From an uncultured Candidatus Bathyarchaeia archaeon (lineage in GTDB: Archaea; Thermoproteota; Bathyarchaeia; Bathyarchaeales; Bathyarchaeaceae), in NCBI GenBank assembly GCA_964347825.1, contig CAYFZQ010000002.1:1-57526 (forward strand): a stretch of 57,526 nt of DNA, written 5' to 3'. Below, one piece after another: positions 9,995 to 18,259 of this stretch (within the stretch, counting starts at the first letter, position 1; each line of letters begins with the position of its first letter). The notes under the pieces were generated by a model that saw nothing but the letters and a program-made list of their open reading frames with translations, did not search any database and was not told where the DNA came from. A program made the translations under genes and the position numbers.

Positions 9995-11433
9995 TGGCCA
10001 AAACGATTCCAGTTAAGGAGAGGGCGAAAAGAAAACAACGAGCAATGCCAGAGCAGCCAGTACAGGAGCGAGTTATCAACTTCAACGAGGTCCCACTAGG
10101 TTACACTGAAAAAGACGCGCTCTATGAGGCGCAGAGATGCCTGCAATGTGAGTCACCAACCTGCATGGAAGGTTGCCCAGCGGAGGTTAATATCCCTGGC
10201 TTCATCGAGAAGATCGTAGAGGAAGATTTCGCTAGTGCATATTCCGAATTGCTAAAAACCAACAATCTCCCAGCAGTGTGCGGCAGGGTCTGCCCCCAAG
10301 AAGATCAATGTTACAGAACTTGCGTGTGGAATAAGAAAGGCAAACCGATTGCCATAGGTAGGTTGGAACGCTTCGTGGCAGATTGGGCTAGAAGACACAA
10401 TAGACACGAGGCATTACCCCGTGTCAAGAAGAAAGATAGACGGGTAGCTGTTGTCGGATCCGGCCCTTCTGGTTTGACGTGCGCAGCAGACTTGGCCAAA
10501 ATGGGGTACGATGTGACTATCTTTGAAGCCCTCCCAAAACCAGGAGGCGTGCTAGTCTACGGCATTCCAGAGTTCAGGCTGCCTAAGGCCATTGTGGAAT
10601 ATGAAGTGAATGAGATTAAGCGACTAGGAGTAAAGATAGTAACCAATTTCGTGGTCGGCCTCACAAAGACCGTCGATGAACTGGTAAAGGAATTTGATGC
10701 GATTTTCTTGGCGAATGGAGCCGGTGCGCCCCGGTTCATGAATATCCCTGGGGAAAACCTCAATGACGTGTATTCAGCAAACGAATTTCTCACCCGCAGC
10801 AACCTCATGAAGGCATATAGGTTCCCCGAGTTTGACACGCCCATCAAAGTAGGAAAGAAAGTGGCAGTCATCGGAGCGGGAAACGTGGCCATGGACTCCG
10901 CGCGGACCGCTTTAAGGTTAGGTGCCGACGAAGTACACATCGTCTATCGAAGAACGAGAGAAGAAGCGCCGGCGAGAGAGGAAGAAATTGCTCATGCCGA
11001 AGAAGAGGGCATAATCTTCGACTTTCTTACGCTGCCAACAAAGGTAATCGGAGACGCGAAAGGTAATGTCACCGCGATGGAATGTATCAAGATGCAGTTA
11101 GGTGCACCAGATGATTCTGGAAGACGACGCCCCATTCCCATAGAGGGCACCAACTTCACCATGAAAGTCGATATGGTAATCGACGCCATCGGAACAAACG
11201 CGAATCCCCTCGTCTCACGGAGTGCTACCGGAGTAGAGACAAATGACCGGGGGTATTTCAAAGCAGATGAGGAAACCGGCGCTACGACGCGCGAGGGCAT
11301 ATTTGCGGGGGGGGACATTGTTCGCGGAGCAGCGACGGTGATCTCGGCTTTGGGCGATGGAAAGAGAGCAGCAAAGGCGATAGATGAATATCTCTCTTCC
11401 GGCGGCAGTCTGAAGAGACAGAAGGCGAACTAG
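9979..11433 (+). CDS. nfnB: NfnB/SudA/GltD-like NADPH-dependent oxidoreductase large subunit
   Basis: CLQCESPTCMEGCP and CGRVCPQEDQC Fe-S motifs. Two Rossmann motifs: VAVVGSGPSGL and VAVIGAGNVAMD. ATG 9991 (ATGA overlap with nfnA) is an equally good start. Confidence 0.85.
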   Translation: MRGEMMAKTIPVKERAKRKQRAMPEQPVQERVINFNEVPLGYTEKDALYEAQRCLQCESPTCMEGCPAEVNIPGFIEKIVEEDFASAYSELLKTNNLPAVCGRVCPQEDQCYRTCVWNKKGKPIAIGRLERFVADWARRHNRHEALPRVKKKDRRVAVVGSGPSGLTCAADLAKMGYDVTIFEALPKPGGVLVYGIPEFRLPKAIVEYEVNEIKRLGVKIVTNFVVGLTKTVDELVKEFDAIFLANGAGAPRFMNIPGENLNDVYSANEFLTRSNLMKAYRFPEFDTPIKVGKKVAVIGAGNVAMDSARTALRLGADEVHIVYRRTREEAPAREEEIAHAEEEGIIFDFLTLPTKVIGDAKGNVTAMECIKMQLGAPDDSGRRRPIPIEGTNFTMKVDMVIDAIGTNANPLVSRSATGVETNDRGYFKADEETGATTREGIFAGGDIVRGAATVISALGDGKRAAKAIDEYLSSGGSLKRQKAN

Positions 11434-11434
11434 A

Positions 11435-13807
11435 CTATTCTGCTGTGTCTACGAGTTTCTTTCTGATCGTTTCTCGTGTTTCCTTTGAAATAGGTCCTAT
11501 CCTTGAGATTCTTTCGTTGAATGTTTCAAATGTATTGGTAACCTTACCATATTCTGGCAATGTAGTGGAGAAGGACATCAAGCGTAGGGGCTTAACCCCA
11601 TATGTCCTGAGCTCCTTTTTCATCTGGATGACATGCTCCCTCAGAGCTTCCTCGCCGAAGACGCCCCCGTGCTCCTCGAGGAGAACGACACCGTCCGCGC
11701 CGAAGGCAAAGGCTTGTAGCACATGTTTCAAGCCAATTCGCCCAGTGCTCGGAATACCGATGATCTCTACGTTAGGAGGATACGAGGCCCGGGACTGCCC
11801 AGCCAGATCCGCGGCGCCATAGGCTATCTCTTTTTCAAGAAAAGCAATGATCTTCGGGGATCTCCCGCCTTCACTTACTCCCTTGATCTGCGCCATCAAC
11901 TGGGCCTCGGTGGAATTCTTCAGGTCAATGGCCCCTCTGGGGCATCGTGGCACGCAGATCCCACATCCAATGCATGACATGGGGTTGATTGACATGCCCG
12001 TTGGCGTCTCTTCCACTGCCCCCACGGGGCACACTTCCACGCAAACGCGAGACTTGTCGCACTTCTCCGGGTCGATGTAGGCCACCTCGGGCGAGACCGC
12101 GATTTCCCCTTTGCCCAAGAAACTTGCGACCCTCGACGCGGTCGACATGGCTTCGAGGGTAGTTTCACGAACGTCCTTCGGGCTCAAGGCACAGCCAGCG
12201 ACGAACACGCCTTCGCGTTGGCTATCTACAGGTTTGAGTTTGTAGTGCTTCTCGAGAAGAAAGCCATCACCGCCCATCTGGATGCCCAACTTCTTAGCGA
12301 GGTCGGGAGTGTCCGGCTTGGGAATCATTCCAGTGGTGAGGACGACCAGATCGAACTTCCCTTCAACTCGGGTGCCGAGAAGGGTATCCTCCGCGCGCAC
12401 CAAGATGCCATCATTCTTCGATGGAATAACCTCGCCGACGCGACCCCGCACGAAGTGTACGTTATGTTCTTGAGCGTTAAGGTAGAACTCCTCGTAGCCC
12501 TTTCCATCAGCTCTTATATCGGTGTAGAAGATCCACGGGTCGGCGTCAGGCACAATCTTCTGAAGCAACAGGGCCTGTTTGATGGCCGCCATACAACCTA
12601 TCTTGCAGCAATGTTTCACTCCCGGTTCTTTATTCATCATGCGGCTGCCGACACACAGGATGAAAGCTACTCGCTTCGCCACCTTTCCATCGGAAGGCCT
12701 GCGCATTTCACGACCCAAGAGGCGTTCCAACTGCAGGTTCGTCACGATATCAGGGTGGAGACCAAACGCATATTCTTCAAATGGCGTGGGATCGACTTGC
12801 TCAAATCCAGTACAGGCAACAATTGCGCCCACATCGAGTTCGATAGTCTTCTCCTTTTGATCAAAATCAATGGCGTTGCCCTTGCAGACTTTCTCGCAAA
12901 TCCGGCAGACGCCTTTGGTCAGGTACAGACAGTGATCCTTGTCGATAAGATACGTTCTGGGAACAGCTTGCTGAAATGGCACAAAGATCGCTTTCCGCGG
13001 ATACAGAGCTGCCTCGAACTCGCTCGGAACCTTGACTGGGCAAACCTGCTCACACTCCCCACAAGCTATGCACCTAGAAGCATCCACAAATCTCGGCTGC
13101 ACCTTGACCAAGACTCGATAGTTTCCCGGGGACCCCTCCACCGCGACTGGTTCTGCCATGGCAACGATCATAATCTTTGGATGTTGCCCCACATCCACCA
13201 TTCTCGGCGTGAGAATGCATTGGGAGCAGTCAAGGGTTGGAAAGGTCTTGCTGAGTTGAGCCATGTGACCGCCAATGCTCGGCGTCTTCTCCACCAAGTA
13301 TACCTGATAACCCTTGTCCGCCAACTCGAGTGACGCCATAATGCCAGAGACTCCACCGCCAATGACCAGCACATCTGGATTCACAGTTATGCTCCTCGTT
13401 TCCAACGGGTCGAGATGACGGGCACGCGCCACGGCGCCGCGAATGAGGTCAATCGCCTTGGATGTTGCCGCTTCTACGTCATCGTGTGCCCAGCTGCACT
13501 GTTCTCGAATGTTTGCCATGTCAAGAAAGTAGGGGTTAAGCCCAGCTGATTCCACCGTTCGCCTGAAGGTGTCCAAGTGCATACGCGGTGAACATGATGC
13601 CACTATAATCCTATTGAGAGCATGCTTCTCGATTCCATCAGTTATCATCTCTTGACCTGGGTCGCTACACACGTATTCGTACGTTTCAGCGACTTCCACT
13701 CCTTCGAGTTTCGCGACAGCTTCTTTGACCTTTTCCACATCTACCGTGTCGCCTATGTTTCCTCCGCAGTGACAAATGTATACGCCTATTCTAGGTTCCT
13801 CTGTCAT
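11435..13807 (-). CDS. hdrA: HdrA-like flavoprotein with a C-terminal MvhD-like domain lacking all Cys ligands
   Basis: Canonical N-terminus RIGVYICHCGGNI, GGGVSGIMAS, FPTLDCSQC and four ferredoxin CxxCxxCxxxCP motifs. The C-terminal domain reads IIAFLEKEIAYGAADLAG...IPSTGRIG...VVLLEEHGG. Confidence 0.88.
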   Translation of the reverse strand: MTEEPRIGVYICHCGGNIGDTVDVEKVKEAVAKLEGVEVAETYEYVCSDPGQEMITDGIEKHALNRIIVASCSPRMHLDTFRRTVESAGLNPYFLDMANIREQCSWAHDDVEAATSKAIDLIRGAVARARHLDPLETRSITVNPDVLVIGGGVSGIMASLELADKGYQVYLVEKTPSIGGHMAQLSKTFPTLDCSQCILTPRMVDVGQHPKIMIVAMAEPVAVEGSPGNYRVLVKVQPRFVDASRCIACGECEQVCPVKVPSEFEAALYPRKAIFVPFQQAVPRTYLIDKDHCLYLTKGVCRICEKVCKGNAIDFDQKEKTIELDVGAIVACTGFEQVDPTPFEEYAFGLHPDIVTNLQLERLLGREMRRPSDGKVAKRVAFILCVGSRMMNKEPGVKHCCKIGCMAAIKQALLLQKIVPDADPWIFYTDIRADGKGYEEFYLNAQEHNVHFVRGRVGEVIPSKNDGILVRAEDTLLGTRVEGKFDLVVLTTGMIPKPDTPDLAKKLGIQMGGDGFLLEKHYKLKPVDSQREGVFVAGCALSPKDVRETTLEAMSTASRVASFLGKGEIAVSPEVAYIDPEKCDKSRVCVEVCPVGAVEETPTGMSINPMSCIGCGICVPRCPRGAIDLKNSTEAQLMAQIKGVSEGGRSPKIIAFLEKEIAYGAADLAGQSRASYPPNVEIIGIPSTGRIGLKHVLQAFAFGADGVVLLEEHGGVFGEEALREHVIQMKKELRTYGVKPLRLMSFSTTLPEYGKVTNTFETFNERISRIGPISKETRETIRKKLVDTAE

Positions 13808-14132
13808 CTCAATTTTCTCCGTTTGGGACGAAGGCCCAAATGAACTGTAGAGTAAGCATAATCGACATTTAAGTTCTTAAACGTCACGTTTTTCGAACAC
13901 AGACGTCAAAGTCTGACAGGCCTACTTGTATTCAGAATCCAATCTGGGTGTCGTCTGAAGGAGAAGGTACTCTGTAATGGTATTCTACCTTACAAAGGTG
14001 TATTGCCGCACAAGTGGGTTCGAAGAGCCGCTGTCCGGGCATTGTTGATAAGGTTTATAATCGTCTAGGTCGCCTATTTAGTTTCCAAATTCAGTGGAAC
14101 ATGCACCTCGCTGCACGTTGGAGCCACTCAGA

Positions 14133-15062
14133 ATGCCAATGAAACTGCTCAAAACAGAAAACGAGGACGAACTCACAGTTGAAAGGATTCTGCACGCTAG
14201 AAGATACGCTTTGACTCTGGACAAGAATCGGTGCACTGGCTGCGAAATCTGCATGATTGCCTGTCCAAAAGAAGCCATCGAAGTCAAGAAGATTCCAAAG
14301 GAAGAGGGCGAAGAGGCTAAACCTCCTGTCGTAGATGTCGACGAAAAGAAGTGTCACTACTGCGGCATCTGTAGTTCCATTTGCCCGTTTGGCGCGTTAG
14401 ACGTGAAGGTCAACGGCGAGACGGTGACTCCCGTTGTAGAGAGTGAGAGCTTCCCTCAGCTTCTCCGAGAGATTGACGTGGACTCGACAAAGTGTGACCC
14501 CCGCTGTCTCGATATCGAAGACCCATGCCCTTTGGGACTGATAGAGGTCAGAGTGCAACCGCTCGAAGAAGAAGTTGTGGGCCCGATGATCCGCGGAGAG
14601 AAGAAGGACGCCCAAGTTTTAGTGGATATAGACCGGGATTTCTGTCCGTGCTGTCGGGTCTGCGAAGTCAAGTTTCCCAACGGGGCAATCAAGGTGCGCA
14701 AGATCTTCAACGGCATCCTCAGAATAAATCATGAAAAATGTCCTGAAGGCTGCCACGACTGTCTCGATGTCTGTCCCATCACGGGCGCGCTGTATCTCTC
14801 CGAAGACGGTAAGGTGCATGTGAACGACTTACACTGCGTCTATTGTGGCGTCTGCAAGATCGTCTGTCCAGAGGAAGGCGCCCTCGAGCTTCAGAGGACC
14901 TCCATACGCCACACCCCCCTTCGTTCAGGAGCTTGGAATAAAGCTCTCGAGAAACTCACGTCCACCACCGAGATGACCAAAGAATTGCGAACCAAGAGTT
15001 CGAAAAAGCTTCGAGAGTCTGTGGAAAAACGACTTCTCCCTGGAGGAAGCACTGATGCCTGA
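14133..15062 (+). CDS. polyferredoxin-like protein (five 4Fe-4S-type Cys motifs)
   Basis: CTGCEICMIACP, CHYCGICSSICP, CPCCRVCEVKFP, CPEGCHDCLDVCP, CVYCGVCKIVCP. Trimmed to ATG 14133. The 3' end overlaps the hdrA start by 8 nt. Confidence 0.8.
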   Translation: MPMKLLKTENEDELTVERILHARRYALTLDKNRCTGCEICMIACPKEAIEVKKIPKEEGEEAKPPVVDVDEKKCHYCGICSSICPFGALDVKVNGETVTPVVESESFPQLLREIDVDSTKCDPRCLDIEDPCPLGLIEVRVQPLEEEVVGPMIRGEKKDAQVLVDIDRDFCPCCRVCEVKFPNGAIKVRKIFNGILRINHEKCPEGCHDCLDVCPITGALYLSEDGKVHVNDLHCVYCGVCKIVCPEEGALELQRTSIRHTPLRSGAWNKALEKLTSTTEMTKELRTKSSKKLRESVEKRLLPGGSTDA

Positions 15063-17478
15063 AGAACCACGGATCGGAGTCTTCATCTGCCACTGCGGTC
15101 TCAACATCGCCGGGGTGATCGACATCGATGCCTTAGAGGAATACGCCAAGACGCTGCCCAATGTGGTCTACACCAAACAAAACCGCTACACGTGCGCGGA
15201 TCCTGGACAAGAAGAGATCCGAAAGGGAATACAGGAGCACAACCTGAACCGAGTCGTCGTTGCGGCTTGTTCACCACGCTTGCATGAACCCACGTTTCGT
15301 AGATGCGTTGCTGAGACAGGATTGAACCCCTTCTACTACGAAATGGCGAACATACGGGAGTTTTCATCTTGGTGCCACCCCAGCACCCCGGAAGAGGCAA
15401 CCGAGAAGGCGAAGGACATCGTGAAAATGGCGGTCGCCAAAGCAAGACTACTTCAAAGCCTCGAAACCCTTGAAGTCCCCGTGACGAACAAAGCCTTAAT
15501 CTTAGGCGGCGGAATCGCAGGAATCAGTGCCGCTCTTGACCTTGCGGACATGGGGTTCCAAGTGTATCTTGTTGAAAAGAGCGAAAGCATCGGCGGTCAC
15601 ATGGCTCAGCTGGACAAGACCTTCCCCACGTTGGACTGCTCCATCTGCATCGAAGGCCCAAAGATGGTCGACGTCTCCCGCCACCCTAATATCGAAATAA
15701 TATCGTACGCGGACGTCCTGAAGGTCGAGGGATTCGTGGGCAACTTCAAGGTGAAGATCCGAAAAAACCCGCGACACGTCATCGCCGACAATTGCACCGG
15801 GTGCGGCGAATGCCGCGACGTCTGCCCCATCGAGTACCCCAACGAGTGGGACATGAATATGGGCGTGAGAAAGGCAATCTCGGTGCCCTTCGACCAAGCC
15901 GTGCCACTCGTCTACACAATCGACTTGGACTACTGCATTGAGTGCTACAAGTGCGTGGACGCTTGCGGTGCCCGTGAAGCCATCAACTTCGACCAGAAAG
16001 CGGAAGAGATCGACATCGAAGTTGGAACCATACTTGTGGCCACGGGCTTTGACATCTACCTACCGTACGATGACGGGCGATACGGGTATGGTCGATATGA
16101 CAACGTCATCACAGCGTTGGAATTCGAAAGGCTGATCCTAGCAGCCGGCCCCACTGGGGGCAAGGTTGTGCGCGCCTCGGATGGAAAGAAGCCCAAGCGG
16201 GTGGTCTTCATCCAATGCGTGGGCTCACGGGACGTCAACAAGTACGAGTATTGCTCTGGCTTCTGCTGCATGTACGCTCTCAAAAACTCGATCCTACTCA
16301 AAGAGAAATACCACAGAGACGTTGAAGCCTACATTCTGTACATTGACATGAGAACCCACTTCAAGGGCTACGAGGAGTTTTACCGAAGAGCGCGGGACTT
16401 GGGAATCAACTTTATCCGAGGACGGGCATCCCACATTTTAGAGGACCCAGAGACAAAGAACCTGTTCGTACGCGCGGAGGACATGGCCCTTGGTGAACCG
16501 ATTGAACTAGAGGCGGATCTGGTTGTGCTATGCACTGCTGCTATCCCGAAAGAGGATTCCGGCGAGACGGCAAGGGTCTTAAACATCACACGGGGTTCCG
16601 ACGGCTTTTTCATGGAGAGCCACCCCAAGCTCAAACCTGTCGACACTGCGGTGGACGGCATCTTCCTAGCAGGCGCCTGTCAAGGTCCCAAAGACATCCC
16701 CTACAGCGTCTCTCAAGGAAGCGGAGCTGCCGCCAGAGCAGCAACCATCCTTTCGCAACCCACCTGGAAGATAGAACCAATCATCGCCGTAGTGGATCCG
16801 GAGAAGTGCCGCAATGTCAGAGTCAAATGTGGCATATGTGCCGAGCGGTGCCCGTATGGCGCAATCCAGGCTCCGGAAGGACAACCCGCACTAGTCAGAA
16901 CGGCGATGTGCCACGGCTGCGGAACTTGCGTCGCTGAGTGCCCGGCTGATGCCATCACTCAAATGCACTTCACAGACGCCCAAATCATGGCGCAGATTGG
17001 AGCTGCATTAGAGGAGAACCCCGAGGAGAAGATACTCGCCTTTCTCTGCAACTGGTGTAGCTACGCTGGCGCCGATCTCGCCGGGACCAGCCGGTTTGAG
17101 TATCCACCAACCATGCGAGCAATCCGAGTGATGTGCTCAGGGCGCGTCGACCGAGACTTCGTTCTGGAAGCGTTCAGGCAGGGAGCAGGCATGGTCTTGG
17201 TGGCGGCCTGTCACCTGCCCTATGACTGCCACTACATCTCGGGCAACGTCCGAATGAAAGCGCGGATGGAGGCCTTGGGAAAGATGCTGGAGAAGCTGGG
17301 GCTAAGCCCTGAACGGTTTCGAATAGAATACGTCTCGGCAGCCGAGGGAGTGAAATTCGCTGGAATGGCTAAGGAAATGACCGAGCAGATGGAAAGCCTA
17401 GGAGAGGCTAAGATCAAGGCGGAAAACGACAAATTGAGGCCGATACTCGAAAAAATGCTCGCAAAGAAGAGAAGATAG
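15055..17478 (+). CDS. hdrA: HdrA-MvhD fusion, full Cys complement
   Basis: RIGVFICHCGLNI, GGGIAGISAA, FPTLDCSIC and ferredoxin motifs. Canonical MvhD end: ILAFLCNWCSYAGADLAG...VMCSGRVD...VAACHLPYDCHY. Confidence 0.9.
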   Translation: MPEEPRIGVFICHCGLNIAGVIDIDALEEYAKTLPNVVYTKQNRYTCADPGQEEIRKGIQEHNLNRVVVAACSPRLHEPTFRRCVAETGLNPFYYEMANIREFSSWCHPSTPEEATEKAKDIVKMAVAKARLLQSLETLEVPVTNKALILGGGIAGISAALDLADMGFQVYLVEKSESIGGHMAQLDKTFPTLDCSICIEGPKMVDVSRHPNIEIISYADVLKVEGFVGNFKVKIRKNPRHVIADNCTGCGECRDVCPIEYPNEWDMNMGVRKAISVPFDQAVPLVYTIDLDYCIECYKCVDACGAREAINFDQKAEEIDIEVGTILVATGFDIYLPYDDGRYGYGRYDNVITALEFERLILAAGPTGGKVVRASDGKKPKRVVFIQCVGSRDVNKYEYCSGFCCMYALKNSILLKEKYHRDVEAYILYIDMRTHFKGYEEFYRRARDLGINFIRGRASHILEDPETKNLFVRAEDMALGEPIELEADLVVLCTAAIPKEDSGETARVLNITRGSDGFFMESHPKLKPVDTAVDGIFLAGACQGPKDIPYSVSQGSGAAARAATILSQPTWKIEPIIAVVDPEKCRNVRVKCGICAERCPYGAIQAPEGQPALVRTAMCHGCGTCVAECPADAITQMHFTDAQIMAQIGAALEENPEEKILAFLCNWCSYAGADLAGTSRFEYPPTMRAIRVMCSGRVDRDFVLEAFRQGAGMVLVAACHLPYDCHYISGNVRMKARMEALGKMLEKLGLSPERFRIEYVSAAEGVKFAGMAKEMTEQMESLGEAKIKAENDKLRPILEKMLAKKRR

Positions 17479-17517
17479 TCTCAAATCCGTTGAGCTCTTG
17501 CGGGCTCCTGCCCTACG

Positions 17518-17955
17518 TTACATGATACTGACATTTTCTATTTCGAAATATCGCTTCGCCAAAAAGCGGATTCTTTCCGCGTTCCGGCCATTTCTGCCGA
17601 TCGCAATGCCCTTGTCCCGCGCGTTCACAGAGACCACCGCGATCGTTTTCCCATCTGGTCGTTCGGTTATGCGTATCTCCTTCACCCGCGCGGGTCTCAG
17701 CGCGTTTTTGATAAATTGGGCCGCATTTTCCGAGTGTTCGATGATTTCGTGTTTCTTGCCGGTCATTCGTTCCAGAAGATGGATGTTCTTGCCTTTTCGT
17801 CCGATGGCCATCCCCACATCGCCTTCCTTCACGACAAAGATTATGCGATTGAGATCATCATCCACAATACAGTCCTTGGCAATGGCCCCGGTTATGCTCT
17901 CAAAAAGGGCAATGAAGCGCATCTCATGGCTGGTCAGTTTGATTCCGCTAGACAT
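17518..17955 (-). CDS. nusA: archaeal NusA-like transcription factor (two KH domains)
   Basis: 145 aa with GRKGKNI and GRNGRNA GxxG KH loops. It holds the conserved position after rpl30e. Confidence 0.85.
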   Translation of the reverse strand: MSSGIKLTSHEMRFIALFESITGAIAKDCIVDDDLNRIIFVVKEGDVGMAIGRKGKNIHLLERMTGKKHEIIEHSENAAQFIKNALRPARVKEIRITERPDGKTIAVVSVNARDKGIAIGRNGRNAERIRFLAKRYFEIENVSIM

Positions 17956-18259
17956 TCGGCGTCTCCCTGAGTTTCAGTATGTCAGAGTCCCCCGGTTCTC
18001 GGATGGTCAACGCTGATACGGTGAACGGTTTCCCGCAGAGTATCCCCAAGTCGACGCTGGAGCCTTTATGCATAATCACAGGAAGACGGGAGAGCTTGGC
18101 ATAGTATTCGATATCTTCCCGACTCGGGGACGGGCAGTTTGAAGCAAGAATTATCAGCTTGGCTTTGCCGGTTTTGGCAACATTTATGGCACTCTTGGCA
18201 CCGAACAGGACTTTTCCAGTTTTCACTGTAGTGGCGATCGCCTTGTCTACATCGATCAC
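17948..18259 (-). CDS. rpl30e: 50S ribosomal protein L30e
   Basis: KTGKVLFGAKSAINVAKTGKAKLIILASNCP is typical of L30e. It sits between rpoA and nusA with 4- and 8-nt overlaps. Confidence 0.9.
   Translation of the reverse strand: MIDVDKAIATTVKTGKVLFGAKSAINVAKTGKAKLIILASNCPSPSREDIEYYAKLSRLPVIMHKGSSVDLGILCGKPFTVSALTIREPGDSDILKLRETPNV

Noticed and set aside
12218-13333. 371-aa ORF on the plus strand
   Set aside because: It is fully antisense to the well-supported hdrA (11435..13807). It has no motifs and an L/R/H-rich composition typical of shadow ORFs. The same applies to 11445..11822, 12579..12860 and other short ORFs inside hdrA.
17498-18016. 172-aa plus-strand ORF
   Set aside because: It is antisense to nusA/rpl30e, which have clear KH and L30e signatures and the conserved operon position.
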